Part shown: positions 1 to 10,646 of the stretch, one piece after another
How the letters are laid out: every line of letters starts with the position of its first letter
Numbering within the stretch: position 1 is the first letter of the stretch
NCBI RefSeq assembly: GCF_000497125.1
Contig: NC_090597.1
Coordinates: forward strand, 569,797-633,796
Direction: 5' to 3'
Length of the DNA stretch: 64,000 bases
Origin: Spironucleus salmonicida
Taxonomy: Eukaryota
Position numbers and translations under genes: made by a program
Notes under the pieces: model-generated
The model's database searches: none
The model's input: only the letters and a program-made list of their open reading frames with translations
Told to the model about the DNA's origin: nothing

Positions 1-170
1 GCCAGAGTGAGGTAGAGCTGCACCAGCTCCGACAGCGGGAGGAGGATGTGGTACAGCAGGTGCTGCGGCTGGAAGCTGAGCAGGAGGTTCTTCAAGGGGA
101 TGTGCAAGGCCTCTACGCCCGCCTGGAAGGAGTACCCGGTATTGGCTACTGAGGACCGCGACGAGGGCAT
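1..170 (-). CDS. 5' part of a hypothetical protein running off the left edge (MPSSRSSVANTGYSFQAGVEALHIPLKNLLLSFQPQHLL...)
   Basis: ATG at 170 preceded by an A-rich tract on the minus strand; GC3-rich open frame to position 1; no recognisable motif. Confidence 0.5.
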   Translation of the reverse strand, partial: MPSSRSSVANTGYSFQAGVEALHIPLKNLLLSFQPQHLLYHILLPLSELVQLYLTL

Positions 171-904
171 TTTCCTTTTCTGATACCAGTGTATATATAT
201 GATTTGGGCACTAATCAAAATGGGAAATAAACTACGGACAGCCGCGTAACAATATGGTAAGGCAGACATCTGAAATCAGTGTGATATTAGGAATATTTAT
301 TTATATAGAGTTTGCATTACAGAAATTTATAATACAGATTAGTCAATGATATGTTCTAAAGCTGGGAGCCAGTCGTTCTATGAACGCGTTATATGGTGAA
401 TTTAGTGGATTATTCAAATACCTGAACTCAATATAGTCTATGCCTACAAATGTAGAGTAGTAGGTACGTTCATTCATCTTATGTTATTGAAATTAGTTTC
501 TTTTAATAAATAATCCTATATTATATATTATATTATGTCTCAAAAATATATATAGGGTAATATAATTAATGATTTTGAAAATATACCCGCATTTCTGGTA
601 AATGATCATTTCAAGATATAGTAATACCCAATTGGCGGTACGCTACTATCTTTAAATTGATTTTCTGCTGTCACTGATTCTGCCAGTATAAAGTTTGAAA
701 TACTGAAAAGATACAATATGATTTTTACAGTCTATAAATTATAGCTTTTAGCATATATCCTAGCGATTACTATAAATATTTCTATCTCATTGTATTAATT
801 TATATTAATTTCACATTCAAACATTAATATATAAGGAATTAAAAAAAATAATACAACTAAGTATAGATTTAAAAATCAACTAAACATCTAAGCCATCATA
901 TAAT

Positions 905-933
905 GTACTATTTTACTTCTCCCACTCCATCAA
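905..933 (+). promoter_or_regulatory. C/T-rich tract immediately upstream of the ATG (core-promoter-like)
   Basis: TTTTACTTCTCCCACTCCATCAA-ATG; similar tracts precede ATGs at 5022, 12573, 16321, 17558 and 36144. Confidence 0.55.
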
Positions 934-2154
934 ATGGATAAGGATAAAACTGAAGCTAAACCTAAAGTAGTCCATGAACATATTCTAACGCGAATTGCTT
1001 TCATAATAATCGGAACAATGAATAATTTTGGTTATGTGGTTGGTATTTCAGCTGCATTAGACCTAGTAGGAAAATCGTTTCCTAAGGGAATCTTATTATT
1101 TTGCGATATATTCCCTGCATTCTTCATTTCGTGCATCTATCCTATGATACATTAGTATTTAAATATTAAGTATATTGCCCCCATACTGTCTATTATCGGT
1201 AGCATAGGATATATTCTAGCAGGGTTATCAACTACATTTGGAACGTGGGCGGGCCTAGTGGGAGTCATATTCTTCTCAATTTAGTCATCTGGCGAAGGAC
1301 CTTTCCTAGCATACTCAGGTAGCTTCCTACCTGACTGCTCGGCCATGTACTGTGTGGGAACTGGCCTAGCTGGTCTTTTGGGATCGGGATTTTATGCGTT
1401 GCTCACTTCCGTGCTGCATATCAGGTTCGAGATAATTCTGTACTCGTTTGCTTTCCTACCATTGGTTCTAAACCTTGCACTTTGGATGACTACTCTCAAA
1501 CCCTGCATAAAGGCGCAGCTGGACAATGAGGAGGTTGAATCAGGCGCTGTTACTAACAATACATCAATATCCTCTGCGGTCGCGCTGGATGATAACACTG
1601 CTGAGGTAGAGGCTCTAGAAGACCATTCCGTAAAATCGAAGCTTCAAACGGTGGCCCGAAACTGGATGGCATATCTCTCGCTGCTGCTCATTTTCATTTG
1701 CCAGTACTCGATAACGGCCGGAATCAACCCCACAATGATCTTCCACGGGGACGAGAAGATCTACTACAAGTTCGCCGCGTTCTTCCTGCAAGGGGGCGTG
1801 CTGATCGCCCGCTCCACTACCACGCTCTTCTCGGTGCCCTACTGGACCCTCCCGCTGTTCTCGCTCTCGGGGTGGGGGCTGTTTGTGCTGTTCGCGCTCC
1901 AATCGGTATACCGCTTTATCTACTCCATATGGGTGATGCTCATTTTCGTCCCTTTCATCGGGATTTGCTCTGGCTTCTGCTACTCAAACACGATTTGGTG
2001 GATGCAGAAGCGCAACCCCCTCAAGGGGGAGCGGAGCTTCGCACTCAGCTTCTCCGGCATGGTGACCAACTTCGGCATCTGCATCGCGACCGCAGTGGGG
2101 ATCGGAATGGAGCTCCTGCTCAAGGCGCAGCACCCGGCGGACTGGGCTGAGTGA
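934..2154 (+). CDS. CLN3: CLN3/battenin (Btn1) family lysosomal/vacuolar membrane protein, 406 aa
   Basis: ORFs 934-1155 and 1345-2154 share a frame and join when TAG=Gln. Family-like motifs: GTMNNFGYVVGISAALDLVG, GILLFCDIFP, GEGPFLAY, GTGLAGLLGS, QGGVLIARST. Multiple TM segments; ends GAG TGA. Confidence 0.85.
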
Positions 2155-3579
2155 ATCTTTTGTGGGCAAGACCGCTAGCGCCATCCAGGCCAAGACCCAT
2201 GGGCAGGCAGCCGTAGCAGGGCAGGGATTCAGGGGAGAGGCATCTGCGGAGCGGGTGCGCGCTGCTCGCCACTTCTCGCGAAGGGCCGCGGTACTGGGCG
2301 CCCGTATACCACGCCCGCCGGATCCCGCATGCCGGCTTCCCGGGGGCGTTGCCGCAGCACCAAATTGCCCGGATACTGCAGCTGCGAACACAAATACTAA
2401 CCCACAGGAGCGGGCCTGCCCCAGAAGCCCCAGCCGCGCGAGCAGCCCTCGCTGTCGTCCATGGCGTAGATACCTCGCGCTGCCAGACTGCATGTGGATA
2501 GGAATTTCGATATCAGAGCATGCGCGGCGGCCCGATGCACGCCATTGTGGGTGGTGGCTACCGCATTTTACCAGCAAGGGCTTGGCTCGCCCCAAGATGC
2601 ACGGTTCGCTGCGGTGTGTGGAGCTACCCAGCCAGGCCGCTTGCGGGGAAGGGCGCTATGTAAGAACTCCTGCCGGCGGGCGGGCGGCACTGAAGCATGT
2701 CATACCCCGCTTCCGCTGCTCCGGCCACCAACGCCGTACTCACGTCCCGGCAGAGGCTGCGTCGGTAGAGTCCGGTACGCGCCACTCATGTTTCCAAGTT
2801 TATAGCGGAGGTCGGACACTCGCCGCGGATGAAGCACAACCCTTCCGGCAGCGGCCATATGGCACAGGATCTCCAGCCGTGGCGTGGAGACGGATCTCGG
2901 CCGAGTGGGGGCCAGGGAGGATGGCCAACCGAGTGGAGGGTAAATTTCCACCAGCCTCAAGCGGGGCGGGGGACTGCCGTCAGTGACGACTTGCAAGTAT
3001 CAGCATACTCCACGCCGCCGCAAAGTCAGGCAGGCAGGCCGGCCGGACGAGAAGCAGCGGTGCGCACAGCCCAGAGACGGCTAGAGGATAGGTACCTGTG
3101 GCGCCATGGGCATCGCTACCAGGGCAGTGCAGGGCGGCACCAGCCCATCACTCTTAGAAAACCCGACTCCATCTTCAGGCAATTGCGATTATGCGAATAA
3201 TATAATGCTATACTCCCCTTATCTTCGCACGAAAATGCCCCTGGTCTACCAGAGCAAGGTGGTGCAGCGGACTGCACCGCTGCAGTCCGGTGCTAGCGGG
3301 CCGGCTGCGGCGCCGTTCCGCGCAGAACCTAGCCGGGGCGGGAGAGCTTGCCTCTGCAACTTCCCCTTTCCGAGATATACGCCCCTGGCCAGCGGCCATA
3401 CTCGGGCGCTCGCTGCCGGAAAGGCGCAGAGCCCACGGCGGTGGAGCCTCCTGCAGAGCCGGGTGCCCCTCTGCGCAGGCTGGCGCCAGAGGTGCTGTGG
3501 CCAGCCGGCTCCTCGGGAGGCACTCCGAGGAATCTACGGCGAGTGCAGCCCTTCGCCGCTCGTGCCAACCCAACTCCTC

Positions 3580-3861
3580 TCACTCGGCGCCCATGATCCG
3601 GAGCAGCTCGCTCAGCAGCGCCCCCTTCCTGCAGGGCTGCCGCTTCTCTGCGGCACCGTCCACCACGAAGCCGCGCATGTCGTCGCAGCGGTTGGGCTTG
3701 TTGTCCTGCTGCCGCTTCAGGTAGTAGTACTTGAACTTCACCTGCGCCTGCGACAGCGCCGGGAAGTACGCGCCCTGGATGTCCCGCCACTGCAGCCCGT
3801 GGGCCTGCACCGCGTACATGAGCGTCGCCTTCTCGCTGGCCTCCCATTTGTGGTTCCGCAT
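3580..3861 (-). CDS. small single-repeat Myb/SANT-like DNA-binding protein, 93 aa (GC-rich paralog)
   Basis: KWEASEKATLMYAVQAHGLQWRDIQGAYFPALSQAQVKFKYYYL has Myb W-x18-W spacing; paralog at 35283-35558. Confidence 0.8.
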   Translation of the reverse strand: MRNHKWEASEKATLMYAVQAHGLQWRDIQGAYFPALSQAQVKFKYYYLKRQQDNKPNRCDDMRGFVVDGAAEKRQPCRKGALLSELLRIMGAE

Positions 3862-4491
3862 TTTCAGGAGATTAAACTTGGCAGTTTTATTAATATAAAT
3901 AGAAATATTTGAGTGATTTGTTGTTGTTTATAATTTATTTGGACTCTATTGAATCAAGTATTATAACATTTATTTGAAATATATGAATATAAATCATAAA
4001 TTATTCGATACGTATAAAATTTTATGGCAAAATCTGAAAATATAATCTCATTATGTAATATTTTATCATACAATAGTTTCGTATAATATATAAAACATAT
4101 TCACATAGAAAAAATTACTTTTTAATATATGAAATATGCAGGAAAATTTTGTTATTAGAAATAATAATTGCACAAAATTATATCATATATTTGTAAATAA
4201 TTTATTTTTAGTTTACCAAATTCATTCAATTTGGCTAGAAAAAATGATTAATTAATGTATGAGTAAATTGGCAAATTATCTTAGTAAAGTTTCATTTTTA
4301 TTATATACTTGCAGTTAGGTAGTAGATTGTTATGATAGAAGGCCATTTTGTAAATCAAGCTCATTAAAAACACAATAGTATGTAATATTTTAAAAATAAA
4401 AATTAAAAAAATATGACTAAATAAACATGTTATATAAAAATATTTGTAAAATAAATGTTAAAGTATACAAATGAATATAAAATCTCAATCA

Positions 4492-5022
4492 TCATGATCT
4501 ATTAGGGCAAGTAACATCTTTGAAGCTTAAAATCAAACCAATAATAAGACCATACAGAGCTAAGGCTTCACCAAAAACTAGAATCAAAAGCATTACAACA
4601 AATAATTTGCTGTTCCTTGCAGAAGCACGAGCACCAGCATTTCCAGCAATACCAATAGCTATACCGGCTGATAAAGCGGCTACACCAGTACAAATACCAG
4701 CAGCCAAATGGGCAAAGGAAATAAACAGAGGCACCTGAGTAGAATTTTAATATTTACCAATAGAAGTATTGATAACAATGGCTATGATAAGACCATAGAT
4801 ACCAAGAACACCTGCCATGATAACTGGGAGAGTATTTTTCATAGCCTGTGCAGGCTTCATTACACCCGCAGCAACGACACCCTTACCAGCCTTAGCTGTA
4901 CCAAAGGCAGATCCTAATCCGGAGAACGAAACGCCAATAGCCATGCCAAGATATGAGTAGAATGAAGATGTATAGGGACATGCCTCAATTATGCGTTTAG
5001 GGTCATAAGCTAAATTAGACAT
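4492..5022 (-). CDS. ATP6V0C: V-type H+-ATPase 16-kDa proteolipid subunit c, 176 aa
   Basis: ORFs 4747-5022 and 4492-4734 join through one TAA=Gln. Motifs [43 protein letters not shown] (proton-binding Glu). Confidence 0.95.
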
Positions 5023-5210
5023 TTTTTGGATTTGATAGAAAGTGGAAGGTTAATACCTAATTATAAATATTATATCATAAGTAGATCATTATTATACTAG
5101 TCACTATGATTTCATGCTGTACGCCACAGCGTACCCATCCCACAACAGATGCCAACGTTCAGCTGGTCTGCGATACTTCAGCATGCACAATAGCTGAAGC
5201 TGAGGATGAA

Positions 5211-6926
5211 CCGTGCCTGCCGATCTGAGTGAAGCGCTCCGTCACTTCTTCTTGCTGTGCCTGGCGCGCCGGACGGTCTTCACGACCTGCACGATGCCCA
5301 TCACGGTCATGACCACGCATGCCGCGATGAAGGCGCCGCCGACCAGGAAGGTGGCGAGGTGCTGGCCGGTGTAGTCGAAGTTGCTGGTGCGGCGCGTGAC
5401 GACGATGAGCCCCGACGGCATGAAGAAGTAGGCGGGGTCCTCGCTGTCGAACATCACGTTCACGTACACGTTGCCCTTGCTCTCGGCGAGCATCTGCTTG
5501 TTGGCGTAGCAGTAGCCGCGCTGTGTCGGTGCCAGGGCGTCGCAGTCGATGCAGTACTGGTCGTTCCGGCGGGAGAGCTGGATGGACTGCTGCACGTAGA
5601 ACTTCGGCAGGGAGAAGTTCTCGTCGGTCTCCAGGTTCATGAACTGGAAGGTGAGCATCGTCTGCACGACGGCGTCCTCGGGCAGCACCGAGCCGCAGAC
5701 GTCCAGGTTGCCGCCCGTGATGAGCTGCACGCACAGCTGGCTGCCGCCGCGCTGCATGACGGCGGACTTCCAGCAGGATGGGACCTCGTAGAGGCGCACC
5801 TCCTCGCCGAAGACGAAGGCGTTGCCGTTGTAGAAGAGCGTGTCGTACACGAAGGCCGCCTGCGTCTGCGTCGCCCGCTGGTGGAAGCGCGCGCACGCCT
5901 CCTGCTCGGCCATCGAGCCCTGCGTGCAGGTGAAGCGGCGCACCTTGGTGTGGGCCTCGTAGCTTCTCGAGACGACGGTGGTCTGCAGGCTCAGCACCTC
6001 GCCGTCCAGGACGCCCGTGAGCCGCAGCACGTACGAGGTGAAGGTCTGCTTGTTGTAGAGGTCGAGCAGCTTCGTGTCGAAGTCGGGGTGGTTCTCGACG
6101 CGGGTGAGGAAGGCGCCGTCCCAGAGCCCCAGCACGACGTAGTTGGGGTGGTAGAAGGAAAGATCTGCGCCGAGGCTGCTGAGGTCCAGACCGCGCAGGC
6201 TGACGGTCCCCACCGTGTGCGTGAAGGTGACCGCGAGGACGCCCTGCTGCGCCACGAACGAGATCGTCGCCGTCGGGAGCGCCTCCTGCCGGAAGCCCTG
6301 CAGCACCACCTCGTCCACGGTGATGGTGAACACCTTGGCAGTTTTAGTAGCGTACGAGCTCGCGAAGTCCGCATGCTTCATGGCGATCACGGTGCCCATG
6401 AGGTTCAGGTTCACCTGCGTGAGCTCGTTCAGCACCAGCGTGGTGTCTGTGGCATCCTTTATCGTCTCGATCTGCTGCGAGCACAGCCCCGTCGGGGTCA
6501 CGGTGAGGTTCAGCGACGTCGCGTTCACCTCCAGCGTGGAGTCCACCGCGTAGCACTGGTCCAGCGCGGACTTCTGCTCGTCGAACACGAAGATGTGCGT
6601 CTGCGTGATCTCGGAGTAGGAGAACAGCGTCAGCACCGCGAAGGTCTCCGTGTCGAAGGTGGCCGCCAGCGTGAACACGATCTCGGTGGTGTTCGCGTAC
6701 GAGAAGTCCGTTAGCACCCTGGAGAGGATGGGGACCTTGTCGTTCTTCAGCATCAGCTGCGCCTCGATGCCGCGGGGGAGCGCGAAGCACGCCGGGTCGA
6801 GCGTCGGGCGCAGCGCCACCGTGATCTGGTTGATGTTGCGGTTGTAGGTCATCGCGGTGTCGTCCGTGTAGCAGTTCTCGCGCACGGTCTGGTACGCGTT
6901 GAACGTCTGGTTTATGTTCACCGCCA
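5211..6926. repeat. left arm of a ~1.7 kb near-perfect inverted duplication
   Basis: Reverse complement of 12586-14301 (matching coordinates sum to 19512 at both ends); about 6 substitutions seen within the CDS. Confidence 0.95.
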
Positions 6927-6942
6927 ACGCTAGCAGAACCAT
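5242..6942 (-). CDS. single-pass membrane protein of unknown function, 566 aa (copy 1)
   Basis: Long GC3-rich ORF with a short hydrophobic N-terminus, C-terminal TM (LATFLVGGAFIAACVVMTVMGIVQVV) and basic tail; near-identical copy at 12573-14270. Confidence 0.85.
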   Translation of the reverse strand: MVLLALAVNINQTFNAYQTVRENCYTDDTAMTYNRNINQITVALRPTLDPACFALPRGIEAQLMLKNDKVPILSRVLTDFSYANTTEIVFTLAATFDTETFAVLTLFSYSEITQTHIFVFDEQKSALDQCYAVDSTLEVNATSLNLTVTPTGLCSQQIETIKDATDTTLVLNELTQVNLNLMGTVIAMKHADFASSYATKTAKVFTITVDEVVLQGFRQEALPTATISFVAQQGVLAVTFTHTVGTVSLRGLDLSSLGADLSFYHPNYVVLGLWDGAFLTRVENHPDFDTKLLDLYNKQTFTSYVLRLTGVLDGEVLSLQTTVVSRSYEAHTKVRRFTCTQGSMAEQEACARFHQRATQTQAAFVYDTLFYNGNAFVFGEEVRLYEVPSCWKSAVMQRGGSQLCVQLITGGNLDVCGSVLPEDAVVQTMLTFQFMNLETDENFSLPKFYVQQSIQLSRRNDQYCIDCDALAPTQRGYCYANKQMLAESKGNVYVNVMFDSEDPAYFFMPSGLIVVTRRTSNFDYTGQHLATFLVGGAFIAACVVMTVMGIVQVVKTVRRARHSKKK

Positions 6943-7035
6943 TTGGAATGGATAGTATATTTTTTACTATTTTATTATAGTATAACTGAAACCATTATTA
7001 AAACTAAAAACAAAAATAGACTTGTTAAAATAGCT

Positions 7036-10000
7036 TCACTTAACGAAAACAACAGCGAACAGACATACGACCAAAAATCCACATGCTACTTTTAACGTCA
7101 CTAGCTGCTCTTAAACTTTTTCGCTAGACAATCTGAGCTCAGAATTCTCATTTTCTAACTCGTCCCTTTTCAAAATAAGCTCTAAGTTTGCATTCTTCAG
7201 CAGCTAGCTTTTACCTTCTAAATTTCGTTAGTGCATAGACGCATGCAATGAGGAATGGAAAACTGAATTTGAATTGATATTGGTGTTTTAATCCTCACCA
7301 ATTGACATTTAAAGTTATGAGTTTTACTCTTTCAACTGCAAAAGTTGATTTTTAAGATATCTAATTTCGTCTAAAAGTGACGAATTTACTGCCTAGTAGT
7401 CATTTTGAACCTGCTAATCCTTCAAATCGTAAATTTATTTCGATTATTCTGCCGCCAAAACTTCTAGCCTAGCAACATTTTGACACTTTCTCTCAAGTTA
7501 TAAAATATATTCTGTAAGTTGTAAAATTTTACTTTCAAAAATTTCTATTTATTCATTTTGAATTTGAATTTTTGCTCCTTGATTTTATTTAATTTCAAGC
7601 AAATCTTGATTTTACAAATTCAAATCTTCCAAATCTCTGTTCAATTGAAGTTCTCTCTCTGCATGCAATTTAATGAAATTTTGAACATGCTAAAGTTATC
7701 TTTGTTGTTCTTCCAGGAACATTTAAAGGCGCGAGTCTGTTTGTGATGCAATAAGCGTTTGGGAATGCATTATTGACTATGCGAGCTGTTCATTAATTTA
7801 GTCGAATTCTAGCATTCTGTCATTGTTTGCAGTTGAAAGAGTCAGTATTTCATTAGATTCGTCGAGTGTTTCTGGTTAGAAATTATCAGGTTCTTGGATT
7901 TAATTTATCCCCTCAAGGTCAAACTCAGCAAGAGTTTCGATGTCATTTTGGTAGTCTTTTATGGGCTAGTTACTTGAGTTCTGCTCGGGTACGTGATCCT
8001 CGGACTTCTGCTCGGGTACGTCAACTTCGGACTTCTGCTCGGGTACGTCAACATCGGACTTCTGCTCGGACTTCTGCTCTGGTACGTCAACTTCGGACTT
8101 CTGCTCGGGTACGTGATCCTCGGACTTCTGCTCGGGTACGTCAACTTCGGACTTCTGCTCGGACTTCTGCTCGGGTACGTCAACTTCGGACTTCTGCTCG
8201 GGTACGTCAACATCGGGCTTCTGCTCGGACTTCTGCTCTGGTACGTCAACTTCGGACTTCTGCTCGGACTTCTGCTCGGGTACGTCAACTTCGGACTTCT
8301 GCTCGGACTTCTGCTCTGGTACGTCAACTTCGGACTTCTGCTCGGGTACGTCAACATCGGGCTTCTGCTCGGACTTCTGCTCTGGTACGTCAACTTCGGA
8401 CTTCTGCTCGGGTACGTGATCCTCGGACTTCTGCTCGGGTACGTCAACTTCGGACTTCTGCTCGGACTTCTGCTCGGGTACGTCAACTTCGGACTTCTGC
8501 TCGGACTTCTGCTCTGGTACGTCAACTTCGGACTTCTGCTCGGGTACGTGATCCTCGGACTTCTGCTCGGGTACGTCAACTTCGGGCTTCTGCTCTGGTA
8601 CGTGATCCTCGGACTTCTGCTCGGGTACGTCAACTTCGGACTTCTGCTCGGGTACGTCAACATCGGACTTCTGCTCGGGTACGTGATCCTCGGACTTCTG
8701 CTCGGGTACGTCAACATCGGGCTTCTGCTCGGACTTCTGCTCGGGTACGTCAACTTCGGACTTCTGCTCGGGTACGTGATCCTCGGACTTCTGCTCGGGT
8801 ACGTCAACTTCGGACTTCTGCTCGGACTTCTGCTCGGGTACGTCAACTTCGGACTTCTGCTCGGGTACGTGATCCTCGGACTTCTGCTCGGGTACGTCAA
8901 CATCGGACTTCTGCTCGGGTACGTCAACATCGGACTTCTGCTCGGGTACTTCCTCCTCGGACTTCTGCTCTGGTACGTCAACATCGGACTTCTGCTCCGG
9001 TACGTCATCCTCGGACTTCTGCTCTGGTACGTCAACTTCGGACTTCTGCTCTGGTACTTCCTCCTCGGACTTCTGCTCTGGTACGTCATCCTCGGACTTC
9101 TGCTCGGGTACGTCATCCTCGGACTTCTGCTCGGACTTCTGCTCGGGTACGTCAACTTCGGACTTCTGCTCGGGTACGTCAACTTCGGACTTCTGCTCGG
9201 GTACGTGATCCTCGGACTTCTGCTCTGGTACGTCAACTTCGGACTTCTGCTCGGACTTCTGCTCGGGTACGTCAACTTCGGACTTCTGCTCGGGTACGTG
9301 ATCCTCGGACTTCTGCTCTGGTACGTCAACTTCGGACTTCTGCTCGGACTTCTGCTCTGGTACGTCAACTTCGGACTTCTGCTCTGGTACGTCAACTTCG
9401 GACTTCTGCTCGGGTACGTGATCCTCGGACTTCTGCTCGGGTACGTCAACATCGGACTTCTGCTCCGGTACGTCATCCTCGGACTTCTGCTCTGGTACGT
9501 CAACTTCGGACTTCTGCTCTGGTACTTCCTCCTCGGACTTCTGCTCTGGTACGTCATCCTCGGACTTCTGCTCGGGTACGTCATCCTCGGACTTCTGCTC
9601 TGGTACGTCAACATCGGACTTCTGCTCTGGTACGTCATCCTCGGACTTCTGCTCGGACTTCTGCTCGGGTACGTGATCCTCGGACTTCTGCTCGGGTACG
9701 TGATCCTCGGACTTCTGCTCGGGTACGTCATCCTCGGACTTCTGCTCGGGTACGTCAACTTCGGACTTCTGCTCGGGTACGTGATCCTCGGACTTCTGCT
9801 CTGGTACGTCAACTTCGGACTTCTGCTCGGGTACGTGATCCTCGGACTTCTGCTCTGGTACGTCAACTTCGGACTTCTGCTCGGGTACGTCAACATCGGA
9901 CTTCTGCTCGGGTACGTCATCCTCGGACTTCTGCTCCGGTACGTCAACTTCGGACTTCTGCTCTGGTACGTCATCCTCGGACTTCTGCTCTGGTACGTCA

Positions 10001-10515
10001 TCCTCGGACTTCTGCTCGGATACTTGCTCCTCATCATGATTTTCATTAATAATATCTTCTTAATAATATTAGTCTTAATTTAAGACTTGATTTGAATCTT
10101 AAATTATGTTAGCCTAGACATCAGTATTTATGAAATTTTCTATCTCTAATTTTTACATTTTAGTATCAATAAGATCGCTAAGATCGTTAGTATTATGAGA
10201 CTATTATAGTCGTTTAGAATGTTAGGCAATGTCATCTGAGTCAATTGTTTCATCATTAGGGTCTTTTTAAAGAGGAGATCCAAAATCTATAAAATTAAGA
10301 TTGTTACTTTAATTTATTTCTTCTCCCATCTAATTTTCTGAACCAAGTTGAACATTTACTGTAGTATCATCAGAGTTTTCAGCCGGAGTTTGTTCAATAG
10401 GTTCAGTAGTGATATCGTCTGTTAATACAACTTACTATTTTATATCTTCTGCTGGCTATTCCTCGTTAATTTAACTAACGGTATAATCCTAATCGTCACT
10501 TCCAAAGTCTGACAT
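7036..10515 (-). CDS. 1159-aa acidic tandem-repeat, coiled-coil, C-terminally anchored protein (golgin-like architecture)
   Basis: Absent from the ORF track. With TAR=Gln one frame runs from ATG 10515 (MSDFGSDDQDY...) through (EQKSEDDVP/EQKSEVDVP/EQKSEDHVP)n and a Q/E/L-rich heptad region to TLKVACGFLVVCLFAVVFVK-TGA; 3480 nt. Confidence 0.85.
7979..10020. repeat. coding minisatellite: 27-bp units interspersed with 12-bp subunits (GGACTTCTGCTC)
   Basis: Units such as GGACTTCTGCTCGGGTACGTCAACTTC with variants ...GTGATCCTC, ...GTCATCCTC, ...GTCAACATC; all unit lengths are multiples of 3. Confidence 0.97.
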
Positions 10516-10646
10516 TTTAGTTGGTATTAATATTATTATAATATATGCATAAATATTTTATTTATATTAAAATTTACATTATATGTTTATAAATTATATA
10601 ATAAAATTAATATCAAAATTTAATAATCGATTAATTTACATCACTT

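Noticed and set aside
1984-3912. Numerous 80-270 aa ORFs in the GC-rich spacer
   Set aside because: Arg/Ala/Pro-rich, mutually overlapping, no codon periodicity or motifs; only the Myb ORF 3580-3861 is supported.
5159-6850. Overlapping alternative-frame and antisense ORFs (also mirrored at 12665-14476)
   Set aside because: Expected by-products of very high GC3; His/Arg-rich translations with no motifs.
7979-10020. CRISPR-like appearance of the repeat
   Set aside because: No unique spacers, head-to-tail units, no cas genes, eukaryotic context.
7866-10083. Three ~700-aa ORFs (RTSARV, SRSP, GLLLG repeats) in the ORF track
   Set aside because: Shadows of a stop-free repeat with unit lengths divisible by 3; only the unlisted minus frame joins coherent unique N- and C-terminal sequence.
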